Shown: in pieces, positions 12,201 to 24,060 of the stretch
Position numbering within the stretch: the first letter of the stretch is position 1
How the letters are laid out: each line of letters starts with the position of its first letter
NCBI RefSeq assembly: GCF_036971445.1
Contig: NC_091471.1
Location: forward strand, 255,502,001 to 255,566,000
Direction of reading: 5' to 3'
Origin: Narcine bancroftii
Lineage: Eukaryota
Length of the DNA: 64,000 nucleotides
Position numbers and translations under genes: made by a program
Notes under the pieces: model-generated
What the model was told of the DNA's origin: nothing
What the model saw: only the letters and a program-made list of their open reading frames with translations
Database searches by the model: none

Positions 12201-13396
12201 GGTCAGAAAATGCACATAGTGTCAGACAGCCGAAGTCCAGAGGAACACCACAGCAGTTCCAACCCATCTCCTCGTCGATATTGTAGGGCCACTGCCAGTA
12301 TCACGGGAAGCATGGGTATCTCCTCACCACGGTGGACCATCTCACCAGAGGCAATTCCCCTCACAGACACAACCACCAAATCCAGGGCCCTAGTTGCAAC
12401 TCAGGTAGCATGTTTCGGCATCCCAGCCCACATCACATCGGCAGAGGGGCCCAGTTCATGTTGAGCCCCCAGCTGCATCACACTGCAGCCAATCACGCAC
12501 AGTTAAACAGCCAAGTGGAGCGTTTCCATGGGCACCTGAAATCAGCTCTGATGGGCAGGCTGAAAGGCCCAAATTGGGTGGATGAGTTTCCCTGGGTCCA
12601 GCTCTGGATCCACACTGCGCATAAAGAGATCTGCAAGCTTCTTCAGCCGAATTGGTCTACTGAACCTCCCTGGCACTCCCCAGTGAGTTCCTACCCTTCC
12701 CAAGGGGGAAATAGGCAGAAGCATGGCAGCCCTGAGCAAGTTCCGTGGTAGATTGGGTACCCTGGTACCCATCCGAACTCCCAACACAGGCAAGCACCGA
12801 CCTCTGTTCCCAGAAACCTAAGGGACTGTGAATATGTCTTTGTCAGGAGCGGTGCGCACCAGTCACCGCTGGAGCGGACATACAAAGGGCTGTTTAGAGT
12901 AGCCAAAAACAATAGGTCTACATTTGTGTTGGACATTGGGGGTAAAGAGGTGGTGTTTACTACTGATTGATTGAGGCCAGCACTTGTTGGCTTGGAAAGG
13001 CTGGTCGAAGTGCAAGCACCCAGGTATAGAGACAGGCTGCCCAAACAAAAGTGCAGACCTTGGGTTTTGGGGGCGAGATCGCCAGTCCCGCGGGAGTTGC
13101 GTGGTGACCAATGCGGTTGGTGTACAGGCGAACCGGCTCCGATTGTAATGCCTGTGCAGTCAGAGCAGCCTACACCAAAGATGGCACCGGGCTTCTTCCC
13201 CTTCCCCTCAAGGAAAGGCCCCACGCGTGCGAAATCTGAATAGCTGCAAGCCAGCGATGCAACTTTCGGTTCCCAACTGCAGGAACAGGTAGCGTCTCTC
13301 AAAAGCCTTGGCAAACCAAATAATAGATCAGCGAGCTTTGGAACAAATCTGTCGACTGCCGGTCTCATTGTTCGCACTGTTAGCACGAACACTACA
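9278..13396 (+). mobile_element. Full-length but decayed Ty3/Gypsy LTR retrotransposon (CsRN1-like gag)
   Basis: LTRs 9278-9575 and 13100-13396; TTAT TSD at 9274-9277 and 13397-13400; PBS-like ttggtgacc at 9576; gag FW..P..WFSQAEAQF..ITSDSTKY; RT ITPFGLF..MPFGL; RNase H LAVDAS; integrase remnants; many stops and frameshifts. Confidence 0.92.
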
Positions 13397-13449
13397 TTAT
13401 TGGAGTCCTGTATTCAGTAATTTTTAAAACTTAAATAGCATATTAAAAC

Positions 13450-14330
13450 AAAATTATTGGGAGTAATTTTTCCATACTTTATCAATGATCATTTCTTGCT
13501 TTTGTATTTTCTTTTGTAACATTGTATACATCTCAGAAATAAACTTCTTAATAGATTTATTACAGATCAAACTTTCTATTTCATTCCTTTCAGGAAATAA
13601 CATTGTCGGACCCAATTTATCCCAATTTATTTGATAATAACAAAATCTTGTATTATTTTGTATCCCATATTCATTTTTCAGTTGATTGAATGACATTAAA
13701 CTTCTCCCTTCAAAGCAATCAACCATTTTCTAATTGCTTTGCTTGACCAAGTATTTCATTGTAAAGGGAATATGTCTATTTTGAGTCAATGACATTTTTG
13801 ATATCTCAAATTCCTCATTCCCATTTCAACATTTACCACATTCCATATATTAATCAAACATTTCAGCAATGGAATATCCCTGTCTCCAGTTATTAATCTC
13901 TCATCCCATTTATATATAAAATCTTCAGACATTGTCTCCCCTATTTTATCCCTCTCTACCTTAATCCATGCTGATTTCTCACCCTCTTCAAAGAAGGAAG
14001 AGGGTAATCTCATTTGCGCTGATTTAAAATAATTTTTTTTAAATTTGGAAGTCGTAGACTTCCCAATTCAGATGTCCAAATTAAGGTTTCTAACGAGACT
14101 CTTGACATTTTTTTCTTTCTAACATATTTTTTCAATTCCTGAGAAAATTTCTGTGGAATAAATATAAGCAATGTTTGAAAAAGATATCGTAACCTAGGGA
14201 AAATATTCATTTTTATACAATTAACTCTTCCCAATAACATTGTTGGTAGTTCCATCCATTTTGTAAAATCATCAATTTTCCTCAATAAAGGGTTATAATT
14301 GAATTTAAGTATTATTTTTAATTAATTAGA
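13450..14330 (-). mobile_element. L1/Tx1-clade ORF2 fragment
   Basis: W.ELP..LLGRVNCIKMNIFPRLRYLFQTL..GSLRLPNL. Confidence 0.85.
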
Positions 14331-14419
14331 TGATCTAGACAAAGATGGGAAATTGATTCAAAAGTATAGTATTGGGGAGAAACATTGGTTGGCACTGTGT
14401 CATGAGAGTATGACAAACA

Positions 14420-14580
14420 CCCTTTAGGGGAAAGGGAAGATGCCCGGCGCCATCTTTGGTGCAGGCTACTCTGACTGCACGCGCATTACAATCGGATCCG
14501 GTTCACCCGTACACCAATCGCGTTGGTCACCACACAACTCCCCCGGGACTGGCGATCTTGCCCCCAAAACCCAAGGTCTG
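14420..14580 (-). mobile_element. Inverted fragment of the same Gypsy family (polypurine tract plus start of 3' LTR)
   Basis: Reverse complement aligns to 13054-13213: cagaccttgggttttggggg...gggggagttg|tgtggtgacc. Confidence 0.85.
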
Positions 14581-15520
14581 GAACAGAAACAGGCCACTAG
14601 GCCAATCAAGTTTGTTCCGTTACTCTACACTAAGCTAAACTAAACTCACCCTTAGTTCCATTTACCAGCCTTTTCCCCATATCCCTTGATATCCTTACTA
14701 ATGAGATACCCGTCCATTTCCTGTTTAAATACTCCCAGTGATCTGGCCTCCACTGCGTCAATGTGCTCCATAGATCCACAGCCCTCTGACTAAAGAAGTT
14801 CTTCCTTCTATCTGTTTTGATTGCATAATTTTAGGACTATGACCCCTTGTCCTCGACTCACCACATTAAGGGAAACATCTCATCCACATTCACTCTGTCA
14901 AAACATTTCAATATTTGAAATGTCTCTATGACATCCCCCCTCAGTCTCCTACAACCCAAGAGCTGCCAAATGTTCCCCAGCCCCTTGCATTCCAGGAATC
15001 ATCCTGGTAAATCTTCTCTGCACCCTTTCCAAAAGCATAACATCCTTTCTAAGATAGGGAGCCCAAAACTGTACACAGTTTTCCAAATGGGGTCTCACCA
15101 ATGCCCCATAGAGCCTCATCAACACCTCTCTACTCTTAAACACTATACCTTTTCAATTGAATGCGAGCATAGCATTCACCTTCTTCATTACTAATCCCAC
15201 CTGGGCATTAACTATTAGATTACTCTGTACAAGGACGCCCAGGTCTTTTTGCACCTCCAAGGATTGAATTTTCTCCACATCCAGATGGTATCTGCCTGTT
15301 TATTTCCACTGCCAAAACGTAGAACCGAACGCTTCTCAACATTGTACTTCATCTGCCATATATTTGCCCCGTTTCCCAATCTGTCTATATCCCTCCATAA
15401 TTTTACAGTTTCTTCAGCAGTTCCTGTTCCACCACCTATCTTGGTGACATCCACAAATTTGGTTACAAAACTACTTACCCCACAATCCAAATCATTAATA
15501 TAAATTGTAAACAGCAGAAG
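14581..15520 (-). mobile_element. CR1-like LINE fragment
   Basis: KFVDVTKIGG; LYGALVRPHLENCVQFWAPYLRKD. Confidence 0.85.
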
Positions 15521-15900
15521 TAAATAGAGATTGATTCGATATAACTTTTTACATCAATTATATCTCACCCTACAGAAATTAAACAGACTGAAATCATATT
15601 TATCAGATCAATGTTTTAGATGTAATCAAGAGAGAAGTACTTTTTTACACCACTTGGTCATTTCCAGAATTGAGACCTTTTTGGATAGAACTAGGAGCAT
15701 TTTAGAATGGGTCACTAAAGTTAAATTTATCTGGGACAAGGCCAAAACTGAAACTTAATATGAAACTTAATTGCATTAGGAGTCACAAGAAAATGTATAG
15801 CAGTGACATGGAAATCAGATGGCATGAGGAAATACATAGCTGTGTGCCTCTCAAGAAAATTAATTGAAGAAATATAATATAATTGAAGAAATATACATGA
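15520..15900 (+). mobile_element. L1/Tx1 ORF2 C-terminal fragment
   Basis: RYNFLHQLYLT..CFRC..TFLH; same family as 7960-9277. Confidence 0.8.
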
Positions 15901-15925
15901 TATTGCAGTGTTTACACTATGTGAA

Positions 15926-17545
15926 TGTGGAGAAGAATGACACGCACACCAAAGCCTTGGAAAATGAGACTGGTTTATTGCTCTGGTCATCGCACATATA
16001 GGGGCCCCAGATGCTGATGTCAAGGCTCCATGTCATTGGAACACCAGCGTGGGATTGGCTGGCATTCCCACCAGAGACCCCCATCTTCCCACTATGCAGT
16101 TGCCGTGTTCATCAGCCATTTTGTGGTCCTCTCCATGTCTCCGCATGCGGGCTGCTACATGACCCCTGCCCCCCCAGAACTGATGCCCTTGTCTGTAGGC
16201 TTAGGTGGCCTGCCTCTGCGTCATGGGGAGACCGGCTTGTTACAGTCCAGATATGCCGCTTTCAACTGGTTGGCGGTAAAAGTCTCCTCCTTACCGCTGA
16301 TATCGAGGATGAAGATGAAACCATTGTGTCCCTAATGACCTTGTAGGGCCCCTTGTAGTCGTTGTAATGGTGGTCTGTGTGCACCCCTCCTCACGAGCAT
16401 GTACTGAAAAGCTTGGGCTGGCTGTGCGGTGGGTGTTGCTATGCGACCAAGGACCCCAGTGTTTGCCGCAGGTTCTCGAGGGTCCCCACAGGATCTTCTG
16501 GGAATTTATCGGAGGCCAGGAATTCCCCGGGATTATTAAGGGCTTGTCATAGACCATCTCCACCACTGAAGCATGGAAGTCCTCCTTCACCATGATACGA
16601 ATCACCATCAGGAAACAAGGCAATTCATTCACCCAGTTGGGAACCTTGAGCCTGGTCATCAAGGCTGCCTTGAGGTGCCTTTGGAAGCACTTCACCAACC
16701 CACCAACCCATTGGCCTGAGGGTGATATGCCGTGGTGTGCTGGAGCTGTGACCCCAGAAAATTAGCCAGCATTGCCCAGAGCCCGGAGATGAATTGTACT
16801 CCCATGTCTAAGGTGAGGTGCTCCTGGACCCTAAATTGGGACACCACATGTCTCTGATTGTCCTGGAGCAGTTTCATTGGTGATATCAGTGAGTGGGACC
16901 ACCACCAGCCACCTCATGGAGCGGTCCACCATGGTCAAGTTGTATCGCCCCACAGGAAACTAGTAACAGCCCCACTAAGTCAATTTGCATGTGGCTGAAC
17001 CTGCGTCATGCTCTTGGGTGAACCTGCACTTTTGAGGATTGTCAGTTCATGCAGATCTTGGCCCACTGGCTGACCAGTTTATGGAGGCCTTGACAGACAA
17101 ACATGTTGGCCAGAATTTTGGCCAGGGCATGGATGGTTGGATGCGCCAGGTAGTGGATGGCTTCAAAAACTTGGCGCTCCATGCAGCCAGAAAGATGAGG
17201 GTGGGAGCTTCTGGTAGAAACACCATATAGCCGTGTCAGGTTACCTGGGCCAACCGGGATATCTTCCACCCTGAGACCAGAGACGGGTGGGGGGGGGGGG
17301 TGATCTCAGAGTCCTGCTGCTCTGCTTTTTCCCACTATATCTTGAATGTCTGTGGTTAACTCGGACATGTAGGACAAGTGTCTGTTGTCGGTGCCGACCA
17401 CAGGTCTGAAACCTTATGGAAGGTGAAAGTCAGTGAACACTCTGTGAGCAAGAGTTGTACAGCCTTGGGCACCTGCTCCTGGAAGATCTGCTTAAAGAGC
17501 AGGCAAGGCTTGTGGCCCTCAGTTAGAGCAAGCATCATGAATGCA
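15926..17545 (-). mobile_element. Internally deleted Gypsy element (gag fragment, integrase, 3' LTR ~15926-16159)
   Basis: EGHKPCLLFKQIFQEQ gag; HTTAYHPQANGLV and HLKAALM..NWVNELP integrase; G-rich tract before TGTAGC LTR start; LTR differs from the 9278 element. Confidence 0.8.
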
Positions 17546-17574
17546 AACATAACATCAGACCTGGAACATAACGT

Positions 17575-18085
17575 GGTGACATTGTCTTTATCTCAACGTC
17601 ATGTACTAGCCTTCGCTTCTCTCATTGCGAGACGAAGTGGATTGATCAGATGGAGAGACACCGTCCAACCCGTTCATCATGATAGGATGTCATATTTAAT
17701 TCTGGAGAAAAATAAGTTGTTCAACAAGTGTTTTAAATTTAATTTTTTTCCTAATCTTTGGGGCTCCTTTTTGAATGACTTTTCATAACTTTAAATGGGA
17801 ATGATAAATATGCAAATTGTGATTCTTGTGGATTTGTGCAAGCACTGTGCATTTTCTTTATATTGCCATGCAACTTTGGAATGGTTTAGTTTCAGATTTT
17901 ATAATCATATTTTTCTCTTTTTTTTAATATGTCCTTTAATCAATAATGTCACATAAGGAAAAGAAAAATTCTGGTAACAAGTTTGCTTACTGTGTTCCAG
18001 CTGTATCAGTGTTATGTATCAATCTTTTTTTCTCTATCTATGTATTATTATATAAAAATGTAATAAGAATATTGAAAAAGGAAAG
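17575..18085 (+). mobile_element. L1/Tx1 3' end
   Basis: LAFASLIARR..IRW..LEK, T-rich UTR, A-rich tail. Confidence 0.7.
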
Positions 18086-18479
18086 AACTTCCAAATATGG
18101 GCTGCACATAGCAGCAAACAGCGAGAAGCTGGTGGGGCTCAATGGGTCACGTAGTGTCTGTGGGTAGAAATGATCGGTAAGAGTCTGTGGGTAGAAATGA
18201 TCGGTAAGAGCCCTTAATCAGGCCGAAATCTCTGCTTGTGGAGGCCACCTGAACTGTGAAGGTCCTCCATCTTCTCGTTGCTTGCTGGAGCTTCCAGCAT
18301 CTGTGGTTTTTCATTTTCTCTACGCAGAGTACCACTGGCGGGGCTCCCCGTGTGACGCTGCGCTGACTCTCCCCTTGATCCTGGGGCATCTCCCAGAGAC
18401 CACAGTGAACAGCAGACTGAGACCGGGAACCTGAGAGTGACCGTGACCCCAATCTCACATGGCAAAGTCCCATATGAGG

Positions 18480-19760
18480 TAAAAACACAAGGCTGGATAA
18501 ATTCAGCAGGTCAAACAGTGGACTTTATTCTTCTTTGGCTTGGCTTCGCGGACGAAGATTTATGGAGGGGTAATGTCCACGTCAGCTGCAGGCTCGTTTG
18601 TGGCTGACAAGTCCGATACGGGACAGGCAGACACGGTTGCAGCGGTTGCAAGGGAAAATTGGTTGGTTGGGGTTGGGAGTTGGGTTTTTCCTCCTTTGTC
18701 TTTTGTCAGTGAGGTGGGCTCTGCGGTCTTCTTCAAAGGAGGTTGCTGCCCGCCGAACTGTGAGGCGCCAAGATGCACGGTTTGAGGCGATATCAGCCCA
18801 CTGGCGGTGGTCAATGTGGCAGGCACCAAGAGATTTCTTTAGGCAGTCCTTGTACCTCTTCTTTGGTGCACCTCTGTCACGGTGGCCAGTGGAGAGCTCG
18901 CCATATAACACGATCTTGGGAAGGCGATGGTCCTCCATTCTGGAGACGTGACCTACCCAGCGCAGTTGGATCTTCAGCAGCGTGGATTCGATGCTGTCGG
19001 TCTCTGCCATCTTGAGTACTTTGATGTTAGGGATGAAGTCGCTCCAATGAATGTTGAGGATGGAGCGGAGACAACGCTGGTGGAAGCATTCTAGGAGCCT
19101 TAGGCGGAGGCCCCGGTCCGGGCAGAAGCGAGGGGGAGGCGGAGGCCCCAGCCTCAGTCGAGTGAGGCAGGCAGAGGCCCCGGTCCGGGCAGAAGCAAGG
19201 GGGAGGCGGTGGCCCCGGCCTCAGCAGAGCGAAGCAGGCGGAGGCCCCGGTCTGGGCAGAAAGAAGGAGGCGGCGGCCCCTGCCCCTGTCCGGGCAGTAT
19301 GGACTTTATACAGCAAAGTTAAAGATACAGAGCCAACGATTTGTATTTGAGCCTCTTCATCGAGGTATGGTAAAATATGGGCCAGTCTCCAAATATAAAG
19401 GTAGGGGGGAGATGCTGGGGGAGGGGCACGATCCCAAAGGCAGGAGGTAGATAAGGGAGGGAGGTTGTAGCACCAGCAGGGGGTGAGGGGGTAGGCTCTG
19501 TAAATGGAGAGGTGAGGGGGTGGAGACCTGGAGGAAAGGAGATGGAGGAAATGGAGGGAGAATGGGGAATGGGCTGGCAGAATCCGGAAAGGTCGATGTT
19601 GTTACCATCTGATTGGAAAGTCAGGTGTTGCTCCTGCACTTTATAGGTGGTCATGGTGGGAGGACATGTCAGTATGGGAGTGGGACGTAGAACTGAAATG
19701 GTTGGCCACTAGGAGATTCCCATCACTGGTGTAGTCGGAGTGAAGGTGCTCAGGGAAGTG
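18480..19760 (-). mobile_element. Penelope-like remnant (terminal repeat plus end of GIY-YIG region), host to the RTE chimera
   Basis: tcagcaggtcaaacag...gagcctcttcatcgagg terminal motif, and EQHL.F..DG.NID.S C-terminal motif at 19580-19640. Confidence 0.65.
18529..19299 (-). mobile_element. Young 5'-truncated RTE LINE (18529-19104) fused to a GC-rich 67-bp repeat (19105-19299)
   Basis: Intact ORF end LRWVGHVSRMEDHRLPK...CNRCNRVCLSRIGLVSHKRAC; gaagaa tail; TGGACTTTAT TSD at 18519-18528 and 19300-19309. Confidence 0.9.
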
Positions 19761-19964
19761 AGGTTAGGTTAGGATAAGTGCTCTTTCACTGGGTTGTATT
19801 GCATATGTATTTGTAATATCTGATGCCAATAAACTTGAAGAAAATCCTGAAAATATTGAAAATTACATTACGGCTGCATTCGTTTAAATTTAAATTTAGT
19901 CATACAGCACCGAAACAGGCCCTTTCAGCCCATAAACCTGTGCTGCCCAACTAAACCCATGCAA

Positions 19965-20905
19965 CCATAGAAACAGGTCCTTCTAGTCTGTGACAAACCA
20001 TTTTTATTTTGCCTAGTCCCACTGACCTGCATTCATTCCATAGCCCTCTATCCCTCTCCCATCCATGTCCAAATTCCTCTTAAATGTTAAAATTGAGCCC
20101 GCATTCACAACTTCAACAGAAAACTCGTTCCACAACCCCACCACTCTCTGTGTCAAGAAGTTCCCCCTCGTGTTCCCCTTAAACTTTTCACCTTTCATTC
20201 TTAACTCATGTCCTCTAGTTTGTATCTCACCTCCCCTCAGTGGAAAAAGGCCATCTTCATTTACTCTGTCTATCCCCCTCATAATCCCCCTCTATCAAAT
20301 CTCCCCTCATTCTTCTATGCTCCAGGGAATAAAGTCCAAACCTGTTCAACCTTTCCCTGTAATTCAGTTCCTGAAGTCTGGAACCTTCACCTTTACATCT
20401 TAGTAAATCTTCTCAGCACTCTTTCTATCTTATTGATAGCTTTCCTGTAGTTTGATGCCCAAAACTGCACACAATACTCCAAATTTGGCCTCCCCAACTA
20501 CTATACTCAATACTTTGAGTTATGAAAACCAATATGTCAAAAAATCTCTTTGTAACCCTATCTACCTGTGATGCCACTTTTAGGGAATTATGCATCTCTG
20601 TTCCCAGATCCCTCTATTCTACCGTGCTCCTTAGCACCCTATCATTTACCATGTATGTCCTACCTTGGATGGTCCTTCCAAAATGCAACTCCTCACACAT
20701 TAAATTCCATCTGCCATTTCTCAGTCCATATTCCCAGTTGGTCCAGATCCCTCTGCAAGCTTTGAAAACCTTCCTCTCTGTCCACAACCCCTCCAATCTT
20801 AGTGTCATCTGCAAATTTGCTGATCCAATTTACCACATTGTCATCCAGATCATCGATGTAGATGAAAGACAACAATGGTCCCAGCACTGATCCCTGAGGC
20901 AGACC
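19965..20905 (-). mobile_element. CR1-like LINE fragment
   Basis: LGPLL..IYIDDLD..ISKFADDTKIGG and QTRGH..FLTQRVVGLWN. Confidence 0.88.
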
Positions 20906-20909
20906 ACTA

Positions 20910-21090
20910 TTGACCTACAACCCCGGCCGGGTTTTGAACACTGGGAGGAAACAGGAACCCCAGGGGAAAATACACGGAGACACGGGAGAACGTACAAACT
21001 CCTTAGAGACAGCGCCAGGTTGAAACCCCAATCCCGATCGCTCACACTCCAAATATGTGCCACGACCCGCTAAGCTAACTGTGCCACTTA
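20910..21090 (-). mobile_element. V-SINE (HE1-like)
   Basis: Reverse complement of ctaaggagtttgtacgttctcccgtgtct V-domain and tRNA-like head. Confidence 0.8.
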
Positions 21091-21414
21091 ATTTGTGGAA
21101 ATTTTTATGATGGGAAAAAAAGTGCAAGGTTAAATGAAAATCTCAATTAAAGATGAATTTTGCATTGGGAGCTGGATATATGAACAAAATTGCTCAAATC
21201 TGTGTTCACCTGATTTTCAAGAGCATGGAACCATATGCTTTTGAGTGTTGTGTGAACAATATTTTTGGCCTTAGCTTCAGCCACAAATCGAGCCAATACT
21301 GTTCTTTATTAATAGTTCCTGTCATCTGAAGACAAGCAGTGGCACCTAGACTTGCAGCAAGTCAAGTGTTTTGAGTTTCAGCTTTCAGTTAAACCAAGAC
21401 TAAGATTGAGTTGA

Positions 21415-21645
21415 ATTAAATTTTAAATTTAGACATAAATTTATGAATAATTGGCCCTATCCAACTCTGCTGGCCAAATACCCCAATTAACCTACCACCC
21501 ACCCTCATATGTTTTAAAGGGTGGGAGGAAACCAGAGCACCTGGAAGAAACCCACCAGACATGGGGAGAACGTACAAACACCTTACAGAAAATGCCAGAT
21601 ACGAACCTGGGTCACTGGCGCTGTAATAGCGTTTCACTAACCGTG
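21415..21645 (-). mobile_element. V-SINE (HE1-like)
   Basis: Same V-domain, head and tttaaa tail. Confidence 0.8.
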
Positions 21646-22063
21646 AAGACCCTGAATTTATATTCTTGCCCAGAAAAATGCATATTTCGGGCATTTCATT
21701 TGGTTAGTCTCCATTCCCTGAGGTAAATCGCTGAGAAGAGATCTGAGAAGGCAGACAAAGCCATACGAGGCAGCCCAGGGCAAAAACACACCAGAGGACG
21801 CATTCAAGGTGAGGGGTTGGGAGTTTAAGGGAGATGTGCAGGGTGGGTGCCTGGAATAGGCCGCTAGGAGTAGTGATGGAAGCAGATCGAATCGTGTCAT
21901 TTTACGAGGCTTCTTGACAGACACACAACTATGAAGGGGATACATTGGAGGAGTGTCATTTAAATATTACATCCAAAAATAAAGCACTTGAAAGTTTCAA
22001 CATTCATACCTGCCTTCCTTTATTTCACTCCTTAAACTGTTTTAACCGTGCCCTTTCCTCCAG

Positions 22064-22183
22064 ACAGCACGCCATTCGCTCAGCCCTGCTTGCCTACCCA
22101 TGTGCCTGTCCACACTCACACCATCGCTACTCCTCCGGCTTGCACATGCGCACCACCTCCCGCTCACCGCCAGGTCCGGTAAG
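22064..22183 (+). CDS. Candidate coding exon of an unidentified gene (xQHAIRSALLAYPCACPHSHHRYSSGLHMRTTSRSPPGPVx)
   Basis: Branch-like tttaac, acceptor ccctttcctccag, donors CCG|gtaagg (end 22178) or AAG|gtatgt (end 22183, 120 nt); strong third-position C bias and retained CpGs in CGC codons. Confidence 0.55.
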
Positions 22184-23359
22184 GTATGTGACCACAGGAA
22201 CATATCAGGTGCAGGCAGCAGAGCTTTAACTTGATTTGTCCATCATCCTCCGTAGAGACGTGCAGGCCTGTCCCTGTGCTGTTGAGACGTGCAGGCCTGT
22301 CCCTATGCTGTACAATCAATGCTCCATTTGATTCCACTGAGGAAGGAGCATGCAAAATTTTATGTCAAAAAAAGTGCTTTCTGTTTCCAATTTGGGAATG
22401 AGTTATTTGTCTTTATATTTTTAAAGCTTCTTCCCTGTCAGGGGATATAATGTATTACTGGAAGCAAGACATGTTTTAATGACTTTAAAAATACATTACC
22501 TGGAAAAGAAATAAATGTTGAGACTGGTCTCCCTGCCTGTGTGATCATTGCACCATGTCCAGAACAAATAATTTCAGCTTCAAACACCAACTCATGACAG
22601 GATCTAAGTTTTTGGAGGGAACCTTTCCTTCACTATTCCTACATCTTCAAATCTCACATTCTCTCGAGCACCTGGCGGAGTCCGGATGACGGGGCCCTGA
22701 CTCGAAATATCAGGCTATTCTTTATCTGATGCTGATTGACCCGTTGAGTTCCCCAGTAGATTGTTCCGTGGCCTCCAGTCTCCTGTGTGTCCCCACTCAC
22801 AGCCCTCTCCTCTTGTTGCACCCCCGCACACCCTCTCTCACACCGCCCCTCTGATTTCTGGACACCAATCCACACCAAAGGGAGGTGAAAGGGAAAGCAG
22901 AGCACCCAGGGTCACAGTGCAAACTCTGCACATTCTGAAGAGCCATGAGGACCTAGGAGCAGAAGTAGGACATTCAGCCCATCGATTCTGCCTCGATCAG
23001 GAGCTGATCCATTCTCCCATTCAGCCCTACTGCCCGGCAATCTCACCATAACATTTGATGCCCTGGCTAATCAAGAACCTTAAATATACCCAATGACCTG
23101 GCCTCCACAACATGTGGCAACAAATTCCACAGATTTACCACCCTCTGAGATATCCCCTCTTGTCCTAGACCATGGAAACCAGCTTCTCCACATTCACTCT
23201 GTCCACACGTTGAAGATGAGTGGAGGAATGTTTATGGGAAACATCAGGGGTATAATTTTTTTTACATAGAGAGTGGTGGGTGTCTCGAATAGAGGTGGTG
23301 GTGGAGGCTGGAACAATAGGACATTCAAAAAAATAACACTTAGATAGGCAAAAGCACAC

Positions 23360-23455
23360 AAAAAGCTGGAGAAACTCAGCAGGTCAAGCAGTGTCCTGTA
23401 TATAGCAAAGGTAAAAATACATAACACCATTTCAGGCTTGAGCCCTTCATCAAGG
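23360..23455 (-). mobile_element. Penelope terminal repeat with hammerhead-like core
   Basis: Minus strand reads ccTTGATGAagggctcaagcctGAAAt. Confidence 0.65.
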
Positions 23456-24060
23456 CCATGGACAGACATGTGAGCATGGGAGTGTGTCACAGAACTGAAA
23501 TGGTTGGCTACTATCCCACCAAGACCACCTGGAAACTGGAGAAAAAACACCTGATTTCCCACGTTCCATTGAACCTGGGTTTCTGATATCACAGGCAACA
23601 TTATCTTTTTTTAGTTACAGTAGAGTAGCTGTCCCTTCCAGCCCACAATGCTCAAATATACCCATTTGACCAATCAACCAATGAACCTGCATTCTCACTG
23701 AGAGGAATTGTTTTCAAGAACAATTCCCTCAGAAACCTCAGTCCCACATTTATATTTATTTTATTCAATTCCCTCTTGAAACTTACTAGCCATCATATAA
23801 ACAGCCTCAACCAATATCGACCCTGTGGTAAATAACGATATCAACAGCTCTCTGTTCAGCCCAGTAACGATGTAGCTCACGATAATATGTGGCACTTTAA
23901 AGTAATTTTTAAATTTAGAAGTACAATGGGTCCTTCCGGCCCACGAGCCTGCACTGCCCTAATACACTGACGTGACCGATTAACATTCTAAGCCTCGTAC
24001 ATTTTGGACAGTTGAAGGAAACCAGAGGTCCTGGAGGAGGAAACCCATGCAGGTCACAGA

